DNA of 64,000 bases, taken from the NCBI RefSeq assembly GCF_963921235.1, contig NC_086097.1:177818001-177882000 (forward strand), in the 5' to 3' direction. Position numbers and translations under genes: made by a program. This DNA comes from Mobula hypostoma (lineage: Eukaryota). Positions 23,890 through 36,110 of this stretch are shown here, piece by piece; position 1 is the first letter of the stretch, and every line of letters starts with the position of its first letter. The notes under the pieces are model-generated. The model searched no databases. It was given only the letters and a program-made list of their open reading frames with translations, and was not told where the DNA came from.

Positions 23890-24112
23890 ACAACAGACCT
23901 GCAGAAATCTCTAAGACTTGCTAAAGTCTCTGTTCATGTGTCCATTGAACAACACTGAAAAAGAATGGTGTTCGTGGAAGGACACGATTGAGGAAACCAC
24001 TGCTCTGCAAAAAAAAATTGCCTCATGTTTCAAGTTTGCAAAAGACTGCCTGAATATTCTAGAATGTTCTGTGGACAAATGAATCAAAAGTTGAACTTTT
24101 TGTCATAAATGC
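23890..24112 (+). mobile_element. Tc1 transposase fragment, decayed
   Basis: Translates piecewise to G..GR...RKPLL.KK...KFAK..L...NVLWT(N/D)ESKVELF, the Tc1 segment leading into the first catalytic Asp. Confidence 0.75.
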
Positions 24113-24659
24113 ACATTGCACATTGTCATAAATGCACCATGTGTAAAGAGGGATATAAACAGGCAATTAAAAGGCAAGATATAGAAGGATATGGTTCTAA
24201 TGTGGGCACGTGATTAGTGCAGATGGGCAAAAAGATCCCAATAGAGGTACTGGGCAGAAACACCTGTTTCTATGCTGTTCAATCACAAAGCAGCTACACC
24301 ACTTTCTACACCATTTGGCATGTCACCAAATCCTCATGCAAACTTCTACAGTTACACTGCAGAGAGTATGCAGAATGTATGGCATTTCCTACACACAGAA
24401 ACACAATAGGCTGAAGAGGGTAGTGGACACAGCCTAGCCCATCACAGGCAGAGCCCTCCCCTCGACTGATAGCATCTACAGGCAGCACGGTAGCATAGGG
24501 GCTAGCGTAATGCTTTACAATGACAGTGATCAGGGTTTAATTTCCACTCCTGTCTGTAATGAGTTTGTATGTTCTCCCTGTGACCACATGGATTTCCTCT
24601 GGGAGCTCTGGTTTCCTCCCACACTCCAAAGATGTTTGAGTTAGTAAGATATGGGCACC

Positions 24660-25105
24660 AGGAGCATGAACAGTGACTCAGCCATCATTGCTTCTGTTAC
24701 CTCATTGCTACCTTTGGCTGGTGTGATACCGAGCTTTAACTCAGCTCCAGAGAGTGACCAGCAGATGGAGCTTGAAGTCCATGGACAGCTTGCAATCATA
24801 TCACTGCTGTTCCCTTAAAAGTGATTAAAGCCCAAAACTCTGTTTTCCCTTCCCCTTTCACCAAAACTGATTTATGTTCCGGATTCTGAATGTCAAAGTA
24901 TCCATCCGTCACTCAATGGCCACCTTGGACTGAGTTGGGAGAAGATGATCACGAGCTTAACTTCAGTTGGGTTACCTACTCTCCCTGGGCCTTAATAACA
25001 TGACCTTGCCTCCCATAATCCACTCATCTCCTTATGGAGGTGGGGAGCTTCAATTTTAACACGGCCCTCCACTTTCCAGCCCTAAGTAATGGAAAGCAGA
25101 GGGCT
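24660..25105. mobile_element. Unclassified interspersed repeat with a terminal hairpin
   Basis: Sits between repeats. Inverted repeat CCCTCCACTTTCCA / TGGAAAGCAGAGGG at about 25065-25103. No family assignment possible. Confidence 0.3.
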
Positions 25106-25297
25106 GTGTTCATACACAGTAAAGATTAGAGAGGCAGCTGTCACACTGGATAGGAAATTTGCTGGCATCGGGTTTTAGAGCCATACCGTGTACCGTGTCT
25201 TCCGCCCACCGTGTCTATGTTGGTTAGCAAGTACCTTAATGTACTAATCCCATTTCCCAGCATTTGGTCTTTAGCTTTCTGTGCCTTGGTAAGTGAA

Positions 25298-26640
25298 TTG
25301 TTGCTGTAAAGTGCCATCCGATTGTCGTCAACTAATGGCAACCCTATGGACGATTGTCCTAAATTCTTGCAAAGGCAGCTCATTGTTGGTAATATTGCAT
25401 TCATAGCTGTCATTATTGTGTCCATCCAACTGATTGGCACCTTCTTCTCTTCCATTGTCCTTGGACCTTGCCGAGCAGTATTTCCTTTCCTTCATATGAT
25501 GATAGGTGGAGTCTGGTCATTTGAGCCTCCAGAGAGAGACTTGGTTTGATCTTACTGAGGACTGATTCGTTTGTTCTGTGGGAGGTCCGAGAGATGCATA
25601 GTATTTTTCTCCAGCACCATAGTTTAAAGGCATAAATACTCTTCCTATCCTTCTCGTTACCATCTCACTTTCACATCATACAATGTTGGGCATCACCTGC
25701 CCAAGTCGAATCTTTGTATGTAGAGATAGATTCCTGTTCCCAAGAATCTTCTCTAAATCCTTCATGGCTGCTCTGCCAAGGATGTTTCTTCATTGATTAC
25801 TTGATTGCTTATTGCTTTGGTGTTAATCATCGATCCAAGTTGAAACTGTCAACCACTTCCATATCCTCTCCATTGTGACTGAAGTTGGGTATGCTGCCAG
25901 TAATCATAATCTTCATCTTCTTCAGGTTAAGGTGCAGACCCATCTTGAGGCTATGTTCCTTGATATTAGTTAGCAGTTGCTTCAGGTTTACTTCATTTTC
26001 AGCCAGTATTGTATTGTCATCACCATATCGAAGGTTATTGATGATTCTGCCACCAATTCTTAGTATTCTTTCCATCGTTGTTTGAGCTTCTCAGATTCAG
26101 TGAGCATGGCATGTGCGAGGCTGGAATCTTCTTTTCAGTTCTTGTAGCTTTAAGAAAATTGATCTTGTCCTTCCTTTCTTATTTTCCTTTCTACTTCTCA
26201 CACGTTATTGTAGTAGTTTTCTTTGTCTCACCTAGTAGAATGTTGGGAAGCTTGACTGAGAACTATGGTTGCTACCCTTTTCCCCTTAGCTTTGGCTTCT
26301 CTTCTTTCCTGTGTGATTTTCAAAGGTTCTTCACTCATCCATTTTGGTCTCTTCATTTTCACCTTATACAGAGTCTTTTCATCCTTTTTGTGTACAGCAT
26401 TCTTGATACTTACCCATAATCACTCTGGTGTCCCGTAGTTTGTGTTTAGAGCAGTGAAACGATTGTTCTGGTCAGTTGTGAATTCTGGTGGGATATTTTC
26501 AAAATCATATTTTGTTACTCCGCTGAAAAGGCTTGCGCTTCTTAGGAACTTGTCTTCACAACTAACTTGTTCCACATAGCTTCCAGCTCCATTTTCTGGC
26601 CTCCTAGCTTGGACCCACCAAGAATTCCAAATATCTGTGT
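25298..26640 (-). mobile_element. RTE-clade (BovB-like) LINE, decayed with internal deletion
   Basis: RIGGRIINNLRYGDDNTILAENE..LKQLL..IKEHSLKMGLHLNLKK.KIM is the RTE RT YADD region. Tail reads ccatagggttgccattagttgacgacaatcggatggcac...caacaa. Confidence 0.85.
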
Positions 26641-29600
26641 TCGACTGATTGCTTTTCCCTCCGAATTCTACAAGTCACCCTCTCCAACATGTGGAGATAA
26701 CCTGTCTCTGTCTCTGCCACAGGTCCATGCCTCTTTCTTCTCTGTCTGCTATGGACCTCTCTGATAGTTCATCTTCTGCTGGATCCACACCTTCAAAAGC
26801 CAGTTCTTTGCCTTCCTCACATCCTAAAAGGATTGGAAGATTGCCCCATCTTCAGACCGTGTATCCCGCCGACTCCAATTCCATTTCCAATGGCCCTGGA
26901 CACCTCCATATTGCTGCCCCTGTTGCCTCCCGCTCAAACCTCATTTCAATCAGTCGCCTCCAGGCTACGGATCCCGCCGTCTCCATCTCCGGCTCCAATG
27001 ACTCTGGGCGGCTCCAGACCACAGATCTCATCATCACCAACTCTGGTTCCAACAACCTCAGATGGCTTCAGACCATGAATTATGTGGCCTCTAGTTCTGG
27101 CTCCAGTCTGGACCTCAGCCACCACCATCACCATGCTGAGATCTTCCTTGCTGCTGTTGGGCCTCTGGGCTCCCCTCACTCCAACACGACTCTCCAATCC
27201 TGGAATTCTCAGGCTCCCTGTCACCTCTTGGATGCTCAGAGCTTTTCTCTTCCTTCCATCCCACCATCCCCCTTTGTCTGAAATCTCCAACTCTCCTTCC
27301 CTCTTCAACTGCAGCTCTAATCCTTGCTGTGTCTTTACCATTCCCTCTGAGGTAAAACGTACTGCCCTCAGCAAGGGACTTACCTTTGTCCCACATCGCC
27401 CAGACCTCAGTGAGTTCCTCACCCACCATGACGCCAAGCTCTTCTCCATCGCCTCCGTCTCCAAGCCCGCATCTTTGGCAAGAATTCCCCACCCCGACCC
27501 AATGAACCTTCCTCCCATCTCCAAACTTCCTCCTCTTCTTGGACACCCCACACTGGTTCTCTGCCTTCACTGGATCTTTTCATTTCTAATTGCCAAAAAG
27601 ACATCAACCAGCTTGACTTCCTCACACCTTAACCCCTCTGAACCCACTGCCCTCCTCTTTCTCCTCACCATCAACCCCACAGACAAATGGGGTGCTGTTG
27701 TAGTGTGGTGGACTGACCTCTACCTTGCTGAGAGCCCACAGCAATTCCCAGACACCTTCTCTTACCCCTTTAAAAGTGCCCCACCTGAACCATCAGGTCA
27801 CTATCTCCGACACCATCACTAACCTCCAAATCTGGAGATCTCTCATTCACTGCCACCAAACCCATAGTTACTTTACCCTGCACTGCTCATTTCTACCTCC
27901 AACCCAAGATCCACGAATTGGGTATCTGAGTAGTCCCATTGTCTCTGCCTGATCCCGCCCCACTGAACTTATGTCTGCATACCTTGACTCCATTCTATCC
28001 TCCTTCCCACCTACATCCGTAACACTTCACATGCTCTCGATCTCTTCAGCAGCTTTCAGTTACCTGGCCCTAACTATCTCGTTTTCACCATGGATGTCCA
28101 GTCCCTATACACATCTGTCCCCCTTCAAGAAAACCTTAAAGCTCTCTACTTCTTTCTCAACAGAAGACCCAACCAGTTCCCTTCCACCGCCACCTTCCTC
28201 CATTAGGCAGAAGTGGTCCTCACCCTCAACAGTTTCTCCTTCATCTCCTCCCACTTTCTCCAAACTTGAGTGGCAGTCACGGGCACCAGCTATGCCTGCC
28301 TTTTGAATTGAATTGACTTTATTTCTTACATCCTTCACATACATGAGGAGTAAAAATCTTTATGTTACGTCTCCACCTCAATGTGCAATGTGCAATCATA
28401 GTAATGTATAATCATTTATCATAAATAGATCAGTCAATGTAGCATAGAAATACACTCAAATCAGCGTAAGTTAATCAGTCTAATGGCCTGGTGGAAGAAG
28501 CTGTCCCAGAGCCCATTGGTCCTGTTTTTTATGTTGCAGTACTGTTTCCCAGATGGTAGCAGCTGGAATAGACTGTGGTTGGGATGACTTGGGTCCCCAG
28601 TGATCCTTTGGGCCCTTTTCACACACCTGTCTTCGTAAATATCCTGAATCATGGGAAGTTCACAACTACAGATGCGCTGGGCTGTCCGCACCATTCTCTG
28701 CAGAATCCTGCAATTGAGGGAGGTACAGTTCCCATACCAGGCAGTGATGCAGCCAGTCAGAATGCTCTCAATTGTGCCCCTGTAGAAAGTTCTTAGGATT
28801 TGGGGGGCCCATACCAAACTTCCTCAACCGTCTGAGGTGGAAGAGGTGCTGTTGTGCCTTTTTCATCACACAGCCGGTGTGTACAGACCACGTGAGGTCC
28901 TCGGTGATGTGGATGCCGAGGAAATTAAAGCTGTTTACCCTTTCAACCCCAGATCCATTGATGTCAATAGGGGTTAACCTGTCTCCATTCCTTCTGTAAT
29001 CCACAACCAGCTCCATTTATGTTTGCAACCTTGAGGGAGAGGTTGTTTCTTGACACCACTGTGTCGGAGAAATGACTTCTTCCCTGTAGGCCACCTCGTT
29101 ATTGTTTGAGATTAGGCCAATCAATGTAGTTTCGTCGGCAAATTTAATTAACAGATTAGAGCTGTGGGTGGGGACACAGTCATGGGTATACAGGGAGTAA
29201 AGGAGGGGACTTAGTACACAGCCCTGATGGGCTCCTATATTGGGAGTCAGAGGGGTGGAGGTGAGAGAGCTCACTCTTACCATATGCCGGCAATCTGACA
29301 GGAAGTCCAGGATCCAGCTGCACAAGGCCGAGGTTTCTGAGCTTCCTGTTGAGACTGGATGAAACTATGGTGTTGAATGCCGAACTGTAGTCCAAGAACA
29401 GCATTCTCACATAAGCATCCTTCTTCTCCAGATGTGTAAGGACGGTATGTAGAGCAGTGGCTATTGCGTCTTCTGTCGATCGGTTGTGTCGATATACGAA
29501 TTGTAGGCGATCCAGTGTGGGTGGCAGTACGCTGCAGATGTAGTCCTTAACCAGCCTCTCAAAGCATTTGCTTATTATTGAGGTGAGTGCAACAGGACGC

Positions 29601-30875
29601 CAGCTGTTCAGGCATGTTCCTTTGGTCTTTTTTGATGCAGGGATAATGGTGGATAATATGAAGCAGGAGGGACTCTCCATTTTTCATTGGCTAGATGTAA
29701 CAGTCCATGTTCCAAGCCTTCCCTAGTAATGTTCCCCAACTCTTTCTCCGCCACATTGGTGCTGCTTCATGCACCCATGCTGAGCTCTTCATTTTAATCA
29801 GTTTTGCCTCCAACTTCCACCCTGCCCTTAGATTCACAGTCCATTTCTGACTCCTCTCTCCTCTTTCTCAATCTCCTTGTCTCCATCTTTGGTGATAAAA
29901 TGTCTACCAACAACTTTTATAAACCCAATGATCACCATGACTATCTTTAGAATACCTCCGCACCCTCTCTCCTGCAAAAATACTATTACCTTTTCTCAAT
30001 TCCATTGTCTCCACCGTATCAGTTCCTGGGATAAGGCTTTTCTTTCCAGGACATTAGAGATGTCCTCCTCCTTCAAAGAAGAGGATTTCCCTTCCTCCAT
30101 CATTGATGCTGCCCTCACCCGCATCTCCTCCATTTCCCAGACACCTATGCTTGCCCCATCCTCACCTGCCACCCCATGAGCTTCCGCATCCAAAACACCA
30201 TTCTCTACAGCTTCCGCGACCTTTGATGGGACCATACCATCAAACATATTTTTACTGTCCCCCCAACCCACCACTTGCTGCTTTCCAAAAGGATCACTCC
30301 CTCTGTAATCCACTTGTCCATTTGTCCCTCCCCACTAATTTCCCTCCTGGCACATATCCCTGCAGATGATAGAAATGCTACACTTGTCCATTCACCTCCT
30401 TCCTCCCCTCAGGGCCCTGAACAGTGCTGCAGCTGAGGTTATCTATTGTATCCGATGCTCCCAATGTGGCCCTCTCTGCATTGATGAGACCCGACACAAA
30501 TGGGGGGTGCTGCTTTATCGAGCACCACTGCTCCATCCACCAAAAGCAGAATTTACCAGAGGCCAACCATCGGAGATTCTATCCCCATTCCCTCTCAGTA
30601 CATGATCTCCTTTTCTGCCACGGTATGGAGGAGTCACACCTCGTGTTCCATCTAGGTAAGCTCCAAGCTGATTGCATGAACATCAATTTCTCCTTCCGGT
30701 ACTTTTTCTTTCTTTTCCCCTCCCCTTCACTCTTCTTCTGTTCCCTCACTCTGTCCACTTCCCTGTTCTCCTCACTTGCCTGTCACCCTACCCTGGTCCC
30801 CCTCCTTCTTCCCTCTCTCCCATGATCCACTCTCCTCTCCTATTAGGTTCGTTCTTCTCCAGCCCTTTACCTTCT
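26640..30875 (+). mobile_element. Long decayed Penelope-like element (RT plus GIY-YIG), interrupted by Rex1
   Basis: LSKGLTFVP; DK.GAVVVW.TDLYLAE; FTMDVQSLYT; after the insertion PGTYPC...VIYCIRCSQCG..CIDET. The 5' boundary is uncertain. Confidence 0.85.
28303..29680 (-). mobile_element. Rex1/Babar-type LINE, 5'-truncated
   Basis: [22 protein letters not shown]...NRSTEDAI...[16 protein letters not shown]...[17 protein letters not shown]...KFADETT. (TTGAA)n tail at 28303-28316. Very similar to 13711-14681. Confidence 0.93.
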
Positions 30876-30889
30876 GTGGCTCAGTCAGT

Positions 30890-32640
30890 ATCAATTGGTG
30901 ATTCCGTAATTCGAGGAGCAGAAAACCGATCCCGTCGATGTGAGAGACACCCATATGGTAAATTGCATTGCCTCTCGGGTCCAGGGTCAGGGATGACTCA
31001 GATCAGACCCATGGCATTCCAAAGGGGGAGTGTGAACAGCCGGAAGTCGTGCTACGTATTGGTACCAGTGACATAGGTAGGAAATGAGATGAGGTCCTGA
31101 AGTGAGAATATAGAAAGTTAGGCAGAAAGCTGAAAAGTAGGACTCTCAGGGTAGTAATTTGTGGATTACTGCCTGTGCCACATGCCAGATTTGGCAGATG
31201 AATGTGTGGCTGATGAGTAGGGGCAGGGGGCAGGGTTTCAGATTTCTGGATCTTCTGGGGAATGTATGACCTGTACAAAAAGGACAGATTACATGTGAAC
31301 CTGAGGAGGGAGGGTTTAATCTAATTTAACAAGAGTATGGGAACTGGAGTGATCGGGCTGAGGACAGGGCAGTTAGTGTACAAGTTGATGCAGTGTGTAG
31401 TGAGATGGTGAGGAAGGACAGACAGATGACAAGGCAAAATTGTAGTCAATGGGATGAGTCAAAGTGTAATGGGAACAAAATCAAAAAGGGTGATGAATAC
31501 AGGACAGAAGGCGTTATTTTTGAATGCACGCAGTATATGTTATAAGGCAGATGATCTTATAGCATAGTTAGAGATTGGCAGGTATGATGGTGTGGCCATC
31601 TTTGAATCATGGCAGAAAGAAAATGATAGTTGAGAATTTAATATTCAAGGATATTCATTGCACGGAAAAGACAGGCAGATATGCAGAGGAGGTTCCACAG
31701 GGATCCGTGTTGCGACTGCAGCTCTTCACGTTTTACGTCAATAGTTTCGATGAAGGAGTTGTTGCCAAGTTTGGGGGATGATATGAATATAGGTGGAAGG
31801 GCAGGCAGTGTTGAAGAAGCAAGATGTCTGCAGAAGGACTTAGGCAGATTGAGGGAATGGGCAAAGAAGTGCCAGATGGATCACAGTGTAGGGAAGTGCC
31901 TGATCATGCACTTTGGTAGAAGGAATAAAGGCAGACACTATTTTCTAAATAGAAAGAGAATTCAAAAATCAGAGGTGCAAATGGACTTGGGAGTCCTCGT
32001 GTGGGATTCCCTTAAGGTTAACTTCAGGTTTGGTAGGTGGTAAGGAAAGCAAATGCAATGTTAGCATTCATTTCAAGAATGTACAAGCAAGGATTCAATG
32101 TTGAGGCTTTATAAAGCACTGGTGAGGCCTCACTTGCAGTGTTGTGAGCAGCATTGAGCCCCTAACTAAAAATGATGTGCTGGCATTGGAGAGGGTTCAG
32201 AGGAGTTCATGAGAATGATCCCAGGAATGACGGGGTTAACATATGCGGAGTTTAGAAGAATGAGGGAGGATCTCATCAAAACCTACTGAATATTGAAAGG
32301 CCTAGATAGAGTGGATGCGGAGAGGATATTTCCTACAGTGGGAGAGTCTAGGACTGGTGGGCACTGCCTCAGAATAGAGAGATGTCAATTTAGAACAGAG
32401 ACGAGGAAAGCTTTCTCGAGCCAGAGGGCAGTGAATCTGTGGAATTTATTGCAAGCTAAGTCATTGTGTATATTTAAAGTAGAGGTTAAGAGGTTTTTGA
32501 TTAATCTGGGTGTCAAAGTTTACATGGAGAAGACAAGCGAATGGGGTTGAGAGGGATAATAAATCAGCCATGATGAAACGGTGGAGCAGACTCCATGGAT
32601 CGAATGGCCGAATTCCGCTCCTCTGTCTTATGGTCTTTTT
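30890..32640 (+). mobile_element. CR1-clade LINE with ORF1 esterase remnant and large internal deletion
   Basis: IGDSVIRG (SGNH-like ORF1), LNARSI, VPQGSVL..., WAKK.QM..SVGKC.IMHFGRRN and a CR1 tail. Confidence 0.85.
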
Positions 32641-34679
32641 ATTCTGGGGACTTCCCCCTCTCCGTTCCAGTCCTGATCAAGGGTCTCGGCCCAAAACATT
32701 CATGTCCAAAGATGCTGCCTGACCTGCTGCGTTCCTCCAGCATTTTGTTTGTGTTGCTCTGGCTTGTGAATCTCTTGTGTTTATGATCATCTGAATGTTT
32801 GTTAGAAGTTGTGAGAGCCTCTGCCTCCAAAATCTTCTAAAGCAGTGTATTGCAGATCCTAACAACCCTCTGGGTGGAAAAAAAAACTCTTCCTCTAAAC
32901 CTTTTAGTCTTCACCTTAAACTCGGGCCCTTTAATGTTAAACTCCTCTCCACTGGGGAATGTTCTTAGTCTACCTTTTCTAATGGCTTCATCATTTTGTA
33001 CGCCTCTGTCCAGTCCACTACCCCAGCCTCTTCTGCTCCAAGGAAAAGAAACCCAGACAATCGAGTCGCTGCTCATGATTGAAGTATACCATCGCCAAGT
33101 AACATCCTGGTGAATGCCCTCTGCATCCTCCTTCTCCACCATGGGAATGTTTTCATTTCAACTCATTTCCTGTTCGCTGCATAAGTGGAATTACATTGAA
33201 ATTCTCATCCAAGGAAATGAGCTTGTGCTAACTCAGAATATTATCACTGAATTATATGATCTAAAAATTGTTGATTTGCAAAATAACTAAATAGCACAAG
33301 CATTCAGATGAGCAGCATGGTAGTCTACCGGTTAGCTGACTGTTACATCACCAGCAACCTGGGTGCAATTGTTCAATTCCCACCACTGTCCGTAAGGAGT
33401 TTATCCATTCTCTTCATGACCACATGGGTTTCCTCCAAGATCTCTGGTTTCCTCCCACATTCCAAAGATTTGCAGGTGAGTTTAATTGGTCACATGGGTG
33501 AAATTGGGCTGCATAGGCTCACAAGCCAGAAATACCTGCTACTGTGCTGTACTTCTAAATAAAATATAAAAATAAATAACAAATAAAAGGAATAACTAGG
33601 TTCATGGACTATTCAGAGAAGAAGCGGTTCCTGAATCATTAACCGTGGGTCTTCATGCTCATGTACCTCCTCCCCAGTGGTAGTAATGAGATGAGAGTAT
33701 GTCCCAGATGGTGACCGTCCTTAGTGATGAATGTTGCCTTCTAGAAGCACCACACCTTGAAGATGTCCTCGATGGTGGAGAGGGTTGTGCCAACATTGGA
33801 GGGGAGGGCAGCTTGTACACTTTATTCTGCATTATTATTGTTTAACCTAATGCAGTGTGTTCTGATTTGATCTGTGTGAACAAGCTTTTCACTGTATCTG
33901 TGACAGTAGCATGGTAGCATAGTGCTTACTTACATATTTATGTATTTGTTTAGAGATGTGGCACAGAACAGGCCCTTGCAGTCCTTCCAGCCACGTCGCC
34001 CAGCAACCACTGACAAACCCATTTACCCCTAATCTAATCCGGCACAATTAATAATGATCAATTAAGCTACCTGGTACATCTTTGGACAGTGAGAGGGAGG
34101 AAACGGGAGGACCTGTAAAAAACCCATACATTATACGGGGTGTACGTACAGAGACTCCTGACAGAGCACGCCGGAAGTGAACTATGAACTCCGAACTCCG
34201 ACGTCACAAGCTGTAATAGTGTCACGGTAACCGCTACGCCACTGTGGTGCCGCCCAACAGATGTAATGCTGTACGATCAGGGTTCGATTGCTGTCTGTAC
34301 CTTCTCCCCGTGACCATGTAGGTTTCCCCTGGGGTGCTCTCGTTTCATCACAAATTCCAAAGATGAACGAGTTAAAATTAGGAAACTGTGGTCATGCTAT
34401 GGTGGAACTGGAAGAGTGGTGACATTTGCAGGCTGCCCCCAGCACAATCTCAATTCAAACAATGGATTTTGCTGTAAATTTCTAAGTCAAACTGTGCACG
34501 TAACAAATGAAACTAGTCTTATCTCATTAAACTATTTTCTTCTGCCTGCACATGGTCCACATCCCTCCATTCTTTGCACATTCATGTGCCTATCTAAGAG
34601 CCTTTACAACCCCTCTACAATATTGTATTTGGCTCCACCACCACCCCGGCAGCACATCCCAGGCACCCACCACCACTGT

Positions 34680-34885
34680 TTGCTGGACAGTGGTGTAGTG
34701 ACATCCACACCGGAGTTTGAAGCAAGTGGTCCAGAGATCGAATCCAGCCGGCTCCTGCCCTCCTTCCATCCTTGCTGGGTTGGGCGTTGAGCTGGGAACG
34801 CGACCTTATAAAAAACAGGCAAAAATGCTAATGAAACAGCAAGGTTCCTGCCCGATGCACCACAAAGCATGGAAAAGCAACAACA
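34680..34885 (+). mobile_element. tRNA-derived SINE with (CAA)n tail
   Basis: 11-bp TSD ACCACCACTGT at 34669-34679 and 34886-34896. Box A-like TGGTGTAGTGA and box B-like GATCGAATCC. Confidence 0.75.
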
Positions 34886-35339
34886 ACCACCACTGTCTAT
34901 GTAATAAAACCTGCCTTAGAGATTTCCATTAAACTGGCCTCCTCTCACTGTAATTTCATACCCTCTACTATGATTTTTTTGAACCTGGAGGAAAAGGTAC
35001 CAGCTGTCTATTCTATTTATGCCTCTAATAATCTTATAAACTTCGATCAGGTTTCATCTCAGCCTCCACTGCCCCAGAGAAAACAACCCCATCTTGTCCA
35101 ACCTCTCATTATGGAAATATTATCAGGTCTAATGAAAGATTTTAGACCCAAATTGTTAGCTGTTTCTCTTTCCATAAGTGCTGCCTGAGCTGCTGGGATT
35201 TTCTAGTGCAAAGCAGATTCACCAGGTTAATTCCTGGGATGAGAAGATTGTCATCTCAAGTTTGTGTCAGCAGTCCTTGGAGTTTAGAATTAGGGGTAAC
35301 CTTATTCAAAATTCTAATATCCTGAGGAAGCCATTCCTC

Positions 35340-36110
35340 CTTTCCTTGTTCTTCCTTTTTTTTTACAAAACTATAAAAGTACATTTACATAACAATCATA
35401 TAAGGTACAGACATTTGGTATATACAAGACAGTGAGTACACTCAGATTAAAATATGGTTACTACCATCTATTAAACAGTCAATACCCTGGAAGTCCCCCA
35501 GTGTGCCCATCGCAACCGCATGCTCCCTCTCCAAGGACAGCCGGGCATGAACGAATCTTCAGAAAAGGGGCAGGCAGTCGGCCCAGGTAGACCCCTCTAT
35601 TTTCTGCTGCTTAGATCCATGAATGGCCATCTTGGCCAGGCCCTGGAGCAAGTCCACCAGTATATCCTCCTCATGACCTTCCACTGTCTGGGTGCCCGTA
35701 TACAAGGATCGCGGGGCTGAGGTGCAGCCAGAACCTGAGCAGCAGCCCCTTCAGAAACTCAAACAGGGGCCGCAACGTCTCACACTCTGTGTAAGCTCAG
35801 TACACGGACTCCTCCTGGCCACAGAATGGACATGCGGACAGGTTGTCAGTGAACCTGCTTAAAGACCTGTTGTCTGGTACTGCCCGATGCAACACCTTCC
35901 ACCCCAGGTCCCCAGTGTACAGGGGAAAGACCCCTACATACAGGGACTTCCACTGGGGACCTCCTTCGTTGCCAGATGGTAACAGAGACCAAGGTGAGTC
36001 TGGTCGGCAGATGAAGGCAAGGAAGTGAAAGGTGTGCAAGAGCAGCTTGTACAAGAAACACTTTGGTGCGTCACCAATAGGCACGGTGGGCATCGCCGCG
36101 ACTTGTTCTT
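35340..36110 (-). mobile_element. L1/Tx1-clade LINE 3' fragment
   Basis: DLGWKVLHRAVP...SACPFCGQEESVY is the Cys-rich C-terminal region of Tx1/L1 ORF2. A T-run (A tail) lies at about 35355-35364. Confidence 0.75.

Noticed and set aside
25000..25105. HDV-like fold next to the terminal hairpin (minus strand CTCCCCACCTCCATAAGG...TGGGAG)
   Set aside because: No 5' P1 strand and no catalytic C in the expected position.
26649..27822. Long Ser-rich overlapping ORFs (210, 246 and 201 aa)
   Set aside because: These are the 5' part of a decayed Penelope element with C/T-biased composition; frameshifted and without host-gene features.
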